28,014 bases of DNA from a bacterium (GTDB taxonomy: Bacteria; UBA6262; WVXT01), in NCBI GenBank assembly GCA_046759165.1, contig JBHIBS010000021.1:1-28014 (forward strand), given 5' to 3'. How positions within the stretch are numbered: position 1 is the stretch's first letter; each line of letters begins with the position of its first letter. A program made the translations under genes and the position numbers. Positions 1 through 9,300 of the stretch are shown here, one piece after another. Under the pieces are notes generated by a model. That model did not search any database. It was given only the letters and a program-made list of their open reading frames with translations, and had not been told where the DNA came from.

Positions 1-1537
1 TCTTCTCACTAATCAATTTCTGAGAATCCTGAGCACAGGCAAAAAGAAGTTCTTGGGAATGGATAACCCGTGGTAAGGTAGAAGCATATTCAACTACTTT
101 AGGCACATCAACCGTAGCCGCAATATTAATTCCACAACGGCAAACAAAAACACCTATTCGTATTGGCTCTCCCCGCAGGTCAAATTCCTGAGGTAATTCT
201 TCCTTTATCTCTTTTATTGGCAGTTCAGTCAATAAGGAAGAAGCTGCAGATGCGGCACCGCTCGCTTGCATTACTGTTTCAGGAATATCCTTGGGACCAG
301 AAAAAGTCCCAGCAACAAATATACCTGGTCGAGAAATCGCTACTGGCGTGAAAGAAGATGATTTAGCGAATCCAGATTCATTTAGTTCTATATTAAGCTT
401 ATCTGCCATTTCTTTAATTTTAGCTGTAGATACTAATCCCACTGAAAGAACCACAAGGTCGAATTCTTCTTTGTTTAGACTTCCTTCATCAGTATTATAT
501 TGAATAATTAAATTTTCCTTAATTTGCTCAATTTCTACTGATGAGATACGAGCATGAACAAAACGGGTATGGTAATCATTTTTTGCCCGGTCAATAAATT
601 TATCAAAATCTTTACCAAAAGCACGAATATCCATGTAAAATATTGTTGTCTCAACACCGGGAAGATGCTCCCGTATAATTACTGAATCTTTAGCCGCCTG
701 CATACAACAGATGCTTGAACAATATTCATTGCCCATTTGCATATCCCGCGAACCGACACATTGAATAAATGCTATTTTCTTGGGCTCTTTTCCATCTGAA
801 GGACGTTTGATATGACCCTGGGTGGGTCCAGAAGCACTTAAAATTCTTTCAAATTCAATACTGGTCAAAACATTAGGGAAAGTTTTATAACCATATTCAT
901 CCTTTAATGCCGCATCAAATTCTTCTGACCCTGAGGTGACAATCACACTCCCCACTTCAATATCAATATCTTCTTCTTTCTGGTTAAAATCTATAGCATT
1001 TGCTTCACAGAATTTCTCGCAGATTTTACATTTACCTCTTTGATGATAAATACAGTTGTCTTTATCCATTATTGGTAGAGCAGGAACAGCTTGCGGAAAA
1101 GGAATTCTAATACACTTTGTTTTGCTTAGACCCTTATTATATTCATCTGGTATTTTCACCGGACATTTGTCCATACAAATACCACAACCGGTACATTTTT
1201 CTTCATTAATATAACGCGGTTTTTTCAAGATTTTCGCTCGAAAGTTAGGTGCTTCGCCATTTAAACTCTTTAGCTCAGCATTAGTAATAATCTTAATATA
1301 AGGATGTGCACCGGCTTCTACTAATTTAGGGGAAAGAATACACATCGCACAATCATTTGTGGGAAAGGTTTTATCCAATTGAGCCATTCTACCGCCGATA
1401 CTCGGACCTTTTTCTAATAAATATACTTCAATACACATTTCAGCTAAATCTAAAGAAGCCTGAATGCCAGCAATTCCACCACCCAGGACTAAAACTTTTT
1501 TATAACTGGTTAATTGGTTAATTGGTATATTACTCAC
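1..1537 (-). CDS. hdrA: HdrA-like flavoprotein, double-module type; partial, continues beyond the left edge
   Basis: Not in the ORF track (no stop in window). Manual translation from GTG at 1537 gives MSNIPINQLTSYKKVLVLGGGIAGIQASLDLA, DKTFPTNDCAMCILSPK, CTGCGICMDKCP, PFPQAVP, EFERILSASGP, QCVGSRD, YCSSICCM, GPKDIPETV and RIGVFVCRCGINIA. About 512 codons are visible. Confidence 0.93.
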   Translation of the reverse strand, partial: MSNIPINQLTSYKKVLVLGGGIAGIQASLDLAEMCIEVYLLEKGPSIGGRMAQLDKTFPTNDCAMCILSPKLVEAGAHPYIKIITNAELKSLNGEAPNFRAKILKKPRYINEEKCTGCGICMDKCPVKIPDEYNKGLSKTKCIRIPFPQAVPALPIMDKDNCIYHQRGKCKICEKFCEANAIDFNQKEEDIDIEVGSVIVTSGSEEFDAALKDEYGYKTFPNVLTSIEFERILSASGPTQGHIKRPSDGKEPKKIAFIQCVGSRDMQMGNEYCSSICCMQAAKDSVIIREHLPGVETTIFYMDIRAFGKDFDKFIDRAKNDYHTRFVHARISSVEIEQIKENLIIQYNTDEGSLNKEEFDLVVLSVGLVSTAKIKEMADKLNIELNESGFAKSSSFTPVAISRPGIFVAGTFSGPKDIPETVMQASGAASAASSLLTELPIKEIKEELPQEFDLRGEPIRIGVFVCRCGINIAATVDVPKVVEYASTLPRVIHSQELLFACAQDSQKLISEK

Positions 1538-1569
1538 TTTTTTTCCTTTGTTTGAGATAAGAGATATAA

Positions 1570-1848
1570 CTATTTATCTTTATTATGAAATTGTTCATCC
1601 TTTGTCAGTAGAATTTCATACCAGTCTTTGGCGCCAGGTGGACGAGGGCATATATCTCGCCACTCTAAATATTTATCCTCACTAACACAGTCCATTACCA
1701 AGATGAATTCATCCATACCTTTTGGAAAATAAATATCTTTGAATTCTACACCATTAACTTTGGAAATAGTTTCTCTCAACTGACTCAACAATTTTTTTAA
1801 TTCCCTTGAATTCCTAATTTTATATTCGACATGTTTCAAGATCAGCAT
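1570..1848 (-). CDS. Hypothetical protein (92 aa)
   Basis: Co-oriented ORF filling the gap between cluster genes; GAGGT SD-like sequence upstream; no recognisable family motif. Confidence 0.7.
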   Translation of the reverse strand: MLILKHVEYKIRNSRELKKLLSQLRETISKVNGVEFKDIYFPKGMDEFILVMDCVSEDKYLEWRDICPRPPGAKDWYEILLTKDEQFHNKDK

Positions 1849-1874
1849 TTGAATCTACCTCACTTAACCACTCA

Positions 1875-2993
1875 CTACTCACCAGTTAACCGCCTTTTGG
1901 CTCTTTCTTTCTTCCGTTTTGCAAAAGAGACGATTTTAGCCATCATCTCTGTTTTATGAATTCTTAAATCCTCTCCACTTTTGAACGAAAGTTCGTCAAT
2001 AAACTTTTCTTGCTTCGCACCGTTATAAATTTTTTCACCTCTCCTATTGCGGATAATCGTAGTAGTGTATCCATCTGGCGAACCAAGTCCCCCGACTGAG
2101 ATATCCGCATAATCACTAGCAAAATCCGGACAAGCAAAACAGGCAGGACGGGCAATCTTATCAACTGCCTCAAAAGGCAGGTGTACAATTTTCCCTTTCT
2201 CTAAGGTAACAATTACATCGTCTTTGATATTTAGTTTTTTTACATTTTTTAATTTTATCTTTAAATTTTTTTCTAATTTTTTCCGAGCCTCCTCATCAAA
2301 AGAAAAATTTTCCATACAGAAAAGTCCAATAGTCACAGTGACTATATCTGCCGGGATAACATTCAAAAGTTGCATCTTTCTTGCAGTATAAATCTGACAC
2401 GGTGTTCCCACCATGGCAATACTTTCTAACTTTTCTTTTCCTAAACTTCTTATTTCCGTAATAACTCGTGAATAGGTAGTATATCTTTCCCCAATTTCTT
2501 CCAGATGTAAGGTTTTATCAAAATGTGAGCCAGCCGCCGCGATCAATTCATCAGCTTGAGTAACCAATACTGGCTGACGGGCAAAAGGGCCTATTTTTTT
2601 GGAGACGATTGCCCCTTGGATAAGATGTTTCTTCAAAGCGCAAATTAAAAGCGAAGTTACAACTCCACCATCTGTACAAACATTCCTGACCTTTTTATTT
2701 GTCGTCCTCGCTGAAGTAAGTTTTCGATAAGGACCAATCGGGGCTTCCCAGCCGTATTTTTCTTTCAATTCCCTATTCAACACTTTAATCTGCGGGCAGA
2801 TAAGATAACAGATACCACATTTTAGACATTTATCTTCATCAATAAACTTGGGACTGCCATCTTCTGTTATTTCCAAAGCATTCAGTTCTCCTGCTGAACA
2901 AAACGAGACACAACCACCGCACTTACCACAGATACCTTTTTCTTGAACTTCAGTAATCAAGTCTCTAAAACTTTTTATCTCTTCATTAGACAT
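1875..2993 (-). CDS. FrhB/FdhB-family (F420 hydrogenase/dehydrogenase beta subunit-like) protein with N-terminal 2x[4Fe-4S]
   Basis: CGKCGGCVSFC and CLKCGICYLICP; DGGVVTSLL, VGTPCQ, IGLFCMENF, CFACPDF, ADISVGGLGSP are FrhB-family motifs. Confidence 0.88.
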   Translation of the reverse strand: MSNEEIKSFRDLITEVQEKGICGKCGGCVSFCSAGELNALEITEDGSPKFIDEDKCLKCGICYLICPQIKVLNRELKEKYGWEAPIGPYRKLTSARTTNKKVRNVCTDGGVVTSLLICALKKHLIQGAIVSKKIGPFARQPVLVTQADELIAAAGSHFDKTLHLEEIGERYTTYSRVITEIRSLGKEKLESIAMVGTPCQIYTARKMQLLNVIPADIVTVTIGLFCMENFSFDEEARKKLEKNLKIKLKNVKKLNIKDDVIVTLEKGKIVHLPFEAVDKIARPACFACPDFASDYADISVGGLGSPDGYTTTIIRNRRGEKIYNGAKQEKFIDELSFKSGEDLRIHKTEMMAKIVSFAKRKKERAKRRLTGE

Positions 2994-3465
2994 TGAATTT
3001 TTCCTTGATTTTTGATTTTATTTTCTCTGCTATTTCCTTATCCGGCTTAAAAATATGGTCAATAAAATCGTGGCGAACTTCTTGACTGAATCGATCAAGG
3101 TCATTCACTTGGGTTAATATCTCCCCCGAAATATGATGAGCTTTAATTGCTAAATATCGTAAAATTCGCATGATATCTGTAAAGTTAACTTTCTGGGGAC
3201 AACGAGCATAACAACGATAACAGACAAGACAGAGCCAGATTCTTGGTGAAGAAAGCACCTCCTGACGCATTCCAAAGAGTATTTGCCTGATAATTCGGCG
3301 ACAGTTATATTTTTCATCAATATCAGTAATCGGACAACTCGCGGCACAGGTCCCACAGGCAAAACATCTCTTTATATTTTCTCCTCCCGGTTGAGAAGCG
3401 ATTTCCTCTCGAAAACCTAAATCTAATTTGCTAACGAGAATAGACCTATCATTTTTATCAACCAT
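2986..3465 (-). CDS. hdrC: HdrC-like 2x[4Fe-4S] protein (second copy)
   Basis: CFACGTCAASCP and IWLCLVCYRCYARCPQ. Confidence 0.85.
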   Translation of the reverse strand: MVDKNDRSILVSKLDLGFREEIASQPGGENIKRCFACGTCAASCPITDIDEKYNCRRIIRQILFGMRQEVLSSPRIWLCLVCYRCYARCPQKVNFTDIMRILRYLAIKAHHISGEILTQVNDLDRFSQEVRHDFIDHIFKPDKEIAEKIKSKIKEKFNV

Positions 3466-3481
3466 TTTTTGTTCTCCTCAA

Positions 3482-4612
3482 TTATGATTCAATTGTTTGT
3501 AATTCATCTTCCTTAAATGCAGAAAGTGGTAGTTCTTCATCTAATTTCCTTCCTGCTTCATAATCAAGCATTTTCTGGACTTCATTACTAAGATGGTGAT
3601 ATATCCTGCCCAAAGGTATTTTGTTCGGACAGGCAGCTTCACACTGTCCACAGGCAACACAGGATGTAAGCACATGACTCATTCTGGTCAGATGGAACAA
3701 GAGCATATCCGTAGGCATTTTTAGCAATCCTTTTCTCTTAGCCCAGGTTAAATATTTCTGTTTACTATATTCAAAAATTTCCCCTTCAAATACACATTCT
3801 TTACAATAACATATAGGACAGACACTGCGACAGTTCTGACAATTGATGCAAAGCGAAGAAATTACTTGTAAAAAATCTATATCTTCTTTTTCTATTTTCC
3901 CTTTCTGTTTTTTCCTTTTTTCTTTTTCCTGTTCTACAGCGAGTTTGCGTTCTTTATTTTCAGGGGCATCTTCTAATTTAAGTTCCTCCAGTACTTTCTT
4001 TCCTTTTTCATTTCTTGCCTGGATTACTATTTTTTGATTCCAATCAGTACCTATTAAATTAACCGCTATGTCTGAATTCTCAGGAACAAAATGCCGACAT
4101 AATTGGCAAGCTGTTCTTAATTCCTTTATTTCCTGATTTGTCTGAACTTTTTTGATAAAATCGGCAGTAACCGCCCCATCACCATTAAGTTCTTTATTCT
4201 TAGCAACATAATCATTTACTGAATAAGTTCCAAAACAATCAATTCCTATAACAAGCACATTATCTATTTTCGCTTGTTTCAATTTAACCAATTCAATTAG
4301 AGCTCTTATTTCACACGGTCGCAGCATTACAGCAATTTTCTCACCGCGTTCGTTAGAAATATTATTTTTAACGGGATAAAAATCTTTTATTGTCAGTTTA
4401 GAGACAATTCGTGCTGAATTTACGGGAAGAACCGGAGCCAAAGAATTGATTTTCTTTAAACTGTCTGATTCAGAAACTAATGTCTGAACAACATTTCCAC
4501 TCATTTCTTGAGGAACCAGTACTGCTTCTACAATATTGTTACTAAGGAGTTTTTTGAAAACTTCAGTAAAAACATTATAAAACTTGCTATTTTTTATTTC
4601 TATCTCAGCCAC
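3482..4612 (-). CDS. FdhB/FrhB-like iron-sulfur protein with C-terminal 2x[4Fe-4S], of the type found after hdrA-mvhD
   Basis: LRPCEIRALIEL, IGIDCFGT, RTACQLC, CINCQNCRSVCPICYCKEC, CVACGQCEAACP. Start moved from 4663 to the GTG at 4612 because AGGAGG lies 7 nt upstream. Confidence 0.82.
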   Translation of the reverse strand: MAEIEIKNSKFYNVFTEVFKKLLSNNIVEAVLVPQEMSGNVVQTLVSESDSLKKINSLAPVLPVNSARIVSKLTIKDFYPVKNNISNERGEKIAVMLRPCEIRALIELVKLKQAKIDNVLVIGIDCFGTYSVNDYVAKNKELNGDGAVTADFIKKVQTNQEIKELRTACQLCRHFVPENSDIAVNLIGTDWNQKIVIQARNEKGKKVLEELKLEDAPENKERKLAVEQEKEKRKKQKGKIEKEDIDFLQVISSLCINCQNCRSVCPICYCKECVFEGEIFEYSKQKYLTWAKRKGLLKMPTDMLLFHLTRMSHVLTSCVACGQCEAACPNKIPLGRIYHHLSNEVQKMLDYEAGRKLDEELPLSAFKEDELQTIES

Positions 4613-4677
4613 AGAGTAACCTCCTCTTTTAAGTGTTAGGTATTTTTTCTTATCTGCTACCACCTATCACCCATAAC

Positions 4678-5088
4678 CTAACTTCTAACTGGATTTGGTC
4701 CTTTACTTTTTATCTTCTCCACCATCTCTTTTATTGTCTCAGCAAATCGTTGTCCTTCACTGGCACTAATCCAGCGAAGCCAAACACGATCTTCCTCCAG
4801 GCCTAATTCAGATAAGATTTTCTTCAGTACCGCTACTCTACGACGTACCTTATAATTACCGTTGGTGTAGTGACAATCTCCTGGATGACAACCACCAATC
4901 AGTACACCATCAGCTCCTTCTAATAAAGATCTGAATACATATAAAGAGTCAAGAGCACCACTACACATCAAGCGTATCACTCGTACATTAGTGGGATACT
5001 GAATCCGTGAAGTTCCTGCTAAATCTGCACCAGCATAGGAACACCAGTTACATAAAAAAGCAATAATTTTGGGTTCAAATTCTGCCAT
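4678..5088 (-). CDS. mvhD: MvhD/FlpD [2Fe-2S] adaptor subunit
   Basis: FLCNWCSYAGAD, RLMCSG, GGCHPGDCHY, WISASEG. Confidence 0.95.
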   Translation of the reverse strand: MAEFEPKIIAFLCNWCSYAGADLAGTSRIQYPTNVRVIRLMCSGALDSLYVFRSLLEGADGVLIGGCHPGDCHYTNGNYKVRRRVAVLKKILSELGLEEDRVWLRWISASEGQRFAETIKEMVEKIKSKGPNPVRS

Positions 5089-5109
5089 AATAAGCTCCTC
5101 TATTCTTTT

Positions 5110-5301
5110 TTATTCAGCTTTGACTATACATTCCAGCGGGCAGGCTGCTAGACATTTGGGTGAATCAGCAATGCCCTTACATTCAGTACACTTCTCTGGG
5201 TCAATCACATAAATAGGGTCACCTTCTGAAATAGCTTCGTTCTCACACTCATCAACACAAGCCCCACAGGAACTACATTCTTCAGTAATCTTCATCGCCA
5301 T
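5110..5301 (-). CDS. 2x[4Fe-4S] ferredoxin
   Basis: CSSCGACVDEC and YVIDPEKCTEC...CLAACP. Confidence 0.92.
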   Translation of the reverse strand: MAMKITEECSSCGACVDECENEAISEGDPIYVIDPEKCTECKGIADSPKCLAACPLECIVKAE

Positions 5302-5708
5302 TTTTCTGTCTCCTTTTCAAAGATACGAGATAGAAAGGCTATTCCCTCGTCAAGCCCTAATCGGCATTCTTCCGAGCTCTTACCAGTGGCCTGAATTTTG
5401 ATTTCCCATTCCCAACCAATGTTGTTATCTTCATTTAAGTTATATTTCTTCTCAATAATGAAAGCAAACTCTTTATTTACAGTTGCCCTTTTCCTTTGTC
5501 TCAGAATTTCTTGAGCAAATGATAGCCATGCTATAAGATTTTGAGGTTCGTCTTTTATTTCAAAAATAACGTTTGCAACTGAATAACCGTATTGTCTAAC
5601 AGCCGATTCCTCGGGATGACCTTCACAACAGCTAAAAGTTTCTATGTATGGGATTTTGTTCATAGCCTCGATTAAAGGCTTCATAGCGTCGTCAATACCT
5701 TTAGACAT
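5292..5708 (-). CDS. Hypothetical protein with N-terminal TFSCCEGH motif
   Basis: Co-oriented ORF overlapping the ferredoxin start; AAGGA SD upstream; family unassigned. Confidence 0.75.
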   Translation of the reverse strand: MSKGIDDAMKPLIEAMNKIPYIETFSCCEGHPEESAVRQYGYSVANVIFEIKDEPQNLIAWLSFAQEILRQRKRATVNKEFAFIIEKKYNLNEDNNIGWEWEIKIQATGKSSEECRLGLDEGIAFLSRIFEKETEKWR

Positions 5709-5726
5709 TTTATTTTGTCCTTTAAA

Positions 5727-5972
5727 TTATTTTTCTCTTTTTATTATTATCTGCCAGTCGAGCTCATTTAATTTATCAACACCTAATATTCTCTGACCTT
5801 CATCCTTAAAGTTATGAGGAATATTCTTGGCAGCAGGAGCATGATCCACAATCACTCTAAGAATTTGGCCACTTTCCATTTTTGCCAAAGTCTTTTTTGC
5901 TTTTACCCACGGGAAAGGACATACTTCTCCTTTTAGATTGATAGTCTTGTCAATTTTAATTTCTTCTGTCAT
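5727..5972 (-). CDS. tusA: TusA/SirA-family sulfur carrier
   Basis: 81 aa with LKGEVCPFP (CPxP motif) and GQILRVIVDH. Confidence 0.9.
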   Translation of the reverse strand: MTEEIKIDKTINLKGEVCPFPWVKAKKTLAKMESGQILRVIVDHAPAAKNIPHNFKDEGQRILGVDKLNELDWQIIIKREK

Positions 5973-5986
5973 AAAAATTATCCTTT

Positions 5987-6340
5987 CTAAAAACTAATAA
6001 CCCGCTTACTATCTTTAATTGATTTAGCTAAGTCCATCATAGTCGAAATCTTAATACCTTCTACTAAATCTTCTTGCGTTATACCTTTAGCATTAAGACA
6101 TGTTCCACAAGCATTTACTTTGACATCCATAGTGATCAAGTCTTTAATTTTAGCGGCCAAGTTTAATTCTTTTAATCCTTCCACTTGCTGTTGTCCTTTT
6201 TTCCCTATTAGCACTCCATCATCAAGTAAAAATATTTCCACCTCTATGTCTACTCCCAACATACCCCCGGCTATTCTTAAGGCATTCCATGTTTTCATGC
6301 TTGAATTTCCTTCGTTAATTATTATGGTTATTTTCTCCAT
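5987..6340 (-). CDS. DsrE/DsrF-family protein
   Basis: 117 aa; NALRIA, IFLLDDGV, ACGTC, VISF C-terminus; GGAGG SD upstream. Confidence 0.88.
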   Translation of the reverse strand: MEKITIIINEGNSSMKTWNALRIAGGMLGVDIEVEIFLLDDGVLIGKKGQQQVEGLKELNLAAKIKDLITMDVKVNACGTCLNAKGITQEDLVEGIKISTMMDLAKSIKDSKRVISF

Positions 6341-6385
6341 TTTTTACCTCCTGTGAATTAAGGTTTTAGATTTTTCCCACTATCA

Positions 6386-9300
6386 CTACAGTAAAGCATC
6401 TACTGCTTGCAGTAGTTGCTTTTTCTCGAATCCATATTGTTGACTCGCACCATTAGGGCAACTGGCAACACAAACACCACAACCCTGGCATAAGAGTTCT
6501 ATCACTTTGGCTTTAGTCGTTTCTTCATCTATTTCCCGTGCTTCATAAGGACATACATCTACACAAATCCCACATCCAGCACATAACCTCTCAATCACAC
6601 GCACTGTTCTTCCTGTAGCCTGAATTTTATCCTTAGAAAGAAGTGTAGCAGCTCTTCCCGCAGCTGCCCAGGCTTGAGATATTGTTTCATCAACAAATTT
6701 AGGTGAATGAGCCAACCCAGCAAGAAAGGTCCCATCGGTAGAAAAATCTACAGGACGAAGTTTTATATGTGCCTCCAAAAAGAATTTATCTTCGTTGAGA
6801 GGAACTTTTAGCAGTTTAGTTAATTCCCCATTTTCATTGCCCTGTACAATTCCTGTGCTCAACACTAAAATGTCAGGATTGATCTCAATTCTCTCATTCA
6901 AAATTGGGTCAAACACAGTAACTTGTAGTGTGTTTTGTGTTGTGCGTTTTGCGTTGTCTGGTGGCTGTATTTTTACTTCTGGTTTGCTCTCTAGCTCATA
7001 ACGAATAAAAGTTACACCTTCTTCTCTTGCTTTTTGATAATATTCTTCTTTAAATCCATAGGTTCGAATATCCCGGTAAAGAACAAAAATATTTATATTT
7101 GGATTAATCTCTTTAATTTTTAAAGCATTTTTAATCGCCTGTGAACAACAAACCCGACTACAATAAAGGTCGTCGCCTTCACGAGAACCAACACATTGAA
7201 TCATCACAATGTTTCGCAGCTCGTTGGTCGTAGTTCGCAATTCCTCATTTACAATTTTTTGTTCTAATTCTCGTTGGGTGATGATTCGTTCATCTTGACC
7301 ATAAAAATATTCTGAAGTTTTTCTTTCTTCTGCTCCGGTAGCTACAATCACAATACCATGTTCAAGTTCGTAGTTCGCTGTTCGTTGTTCGTTGTTCGTA
7401 TTTGTGATTATGGATTCGGTTTCTATGGTTGTTTTATAATTACCTACATAACCACCAAATTCAATAATTTTTGCATTCTTATATATATGAATATTTTTAT
7501 TGCTTTCCACCTTTTCAATCATCTCTTTGAGCAATGCCTGAGGATTGGCTCCGTTCAGAGAAAAATAAAGATGACGGAGATTACCACCAAGTTCTTTCTC
7601 CTTTTCCACTAAATAAACTTCAAAACCCTGTTCGGCTAAAGACAAACTGGCTGTCATGCCAGCAATCCCCCCTCCAATCACTAATCCTTTTTTATTTACA
7701 GGAAATGCTGACCGAGTTAATGGTTTTAACAAGCAAGCTTTGGCTACTGCCATAGCAACCAATTCTTTAGCTTTTCTTGTCGCTTCCTGTTTCTCATACA
7801 TATGCACCCAGGAACAGTGTTCCCTGGTACTGACAAATTCTAACAGGTATGGATTAAGACCCGCTTCTCTAATGGTATCTTGAAATAAAGGTTCGTGAGT
7901 GCGGGGAGTACAGGCGGCAATAACAATTCTATTCAACTGATGTTCTTTAATCCGTTCCTTAATTATCCCTTGTGTATCTTGTGAACAGGTATAGAGATTG
8001 TCTTCGCAATAGGCAACATTAGGTAAGGCTTTGGTAAACTTCACCACTTCTTTCACATCCACTACACCACCAATATTGATTCCACAATGGCAGACAAATA
8101 CACCAATTCGTGGCTCCTTCTCGCTTACGTCTATCTGTTCAGGATAGGTTTTTTCTTCCACTAAACTTCCCCGCGCTTCAGATAAAAGGGCAGATACTTT
8201 CCCGGCAGTTGCTGAGCCCTGGATAATTGTTTCAGGTATATCTTTTGGTTCGGCAATCGCTCCGCAAACATAAATTCCCTGGCGGGCGATACCATCACTT
8301 TCTTGGATGGTATTTTCTTTAAAAAATTCGTAAGTTTCTATAAAATTATATTTGTTTAATCTCAGACCCAATATTTCCTTCAATTTTTTTATCTGGGGTG
8401 GGGGGACTAGACCTGTAGATAGGACAACTAAGTCGTATATTTCTTTCCCAAATTTTCCATTATCCGTAACAAACTTGATCAAAAGATCATCACTGCCATT
8501 TGCTCTTTCTACCTGAGGAGAACGGCAGGGGATATAATTCACCCCATATTCAGTCTTTGCTCTTTCGTAATAACGGTCGAACCCTTTACCAAAAGCCCGA
8601 ATATCCATATAATAAATATCGGTCACTAAATCTTTACCTGCATGTTCTTTAGCAACAACTGCTTCTTTTATGGCATACATACAGCAGACTGCTGAACAAT
8701 AAGGATTGCACTCAACATCTCGTGAGCCGACACATTGAATGAAAGCAATTCTTTTTGGTTCTTTTTTATCCGAAGGTCTTTGTAGATGACCACGAAACGG
8801 ACCGGAAGCAGAGAGAATTCGTTCAAACTCTGGAGAGGTAAGAACATTGGGAAACTCACCATAGCCATATTCTAATCTCCGCAGAGGATTGAACCGGTCA
8901 TAGCCAGCTCCCACGATTACTGCACCTACATTTATTTCTTCAATTTGCTCCTTTTGGTCAAAATCTATTGCTTCCGGTCCACAGAATTCTTTGCATACTT
9001 GACAGACTCCACGACTCAAATAGATACAGCGTTCTTTATCGATAACTGGTGTATTGGGTACGGCTTGAGGATAGAGAATATTGATTACCGGGCGTGGACC
9101 CACACCCCAGTCAAACTCAGAAGGAAGAATTCTTATCTCTTCAGAACAGTTATTCTTTGCTTTCATACTACCCATAGGGCAAATGAATTCGCAGGCGCCA
9201 CAACCCAAACAGATGGGGGAATTTTGTTCAAAAGGTGGAATCACCTTCCGTTTAATGCCACGCTGGGCAAATCCAACGATTGCAGCACCCATTTTTTCTT

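Noticed and set aside
7211-7399. CRISPR array
   Set aside because: Units are 7 bp, tandem, spacer-less and within a coding frame; no cas genes.
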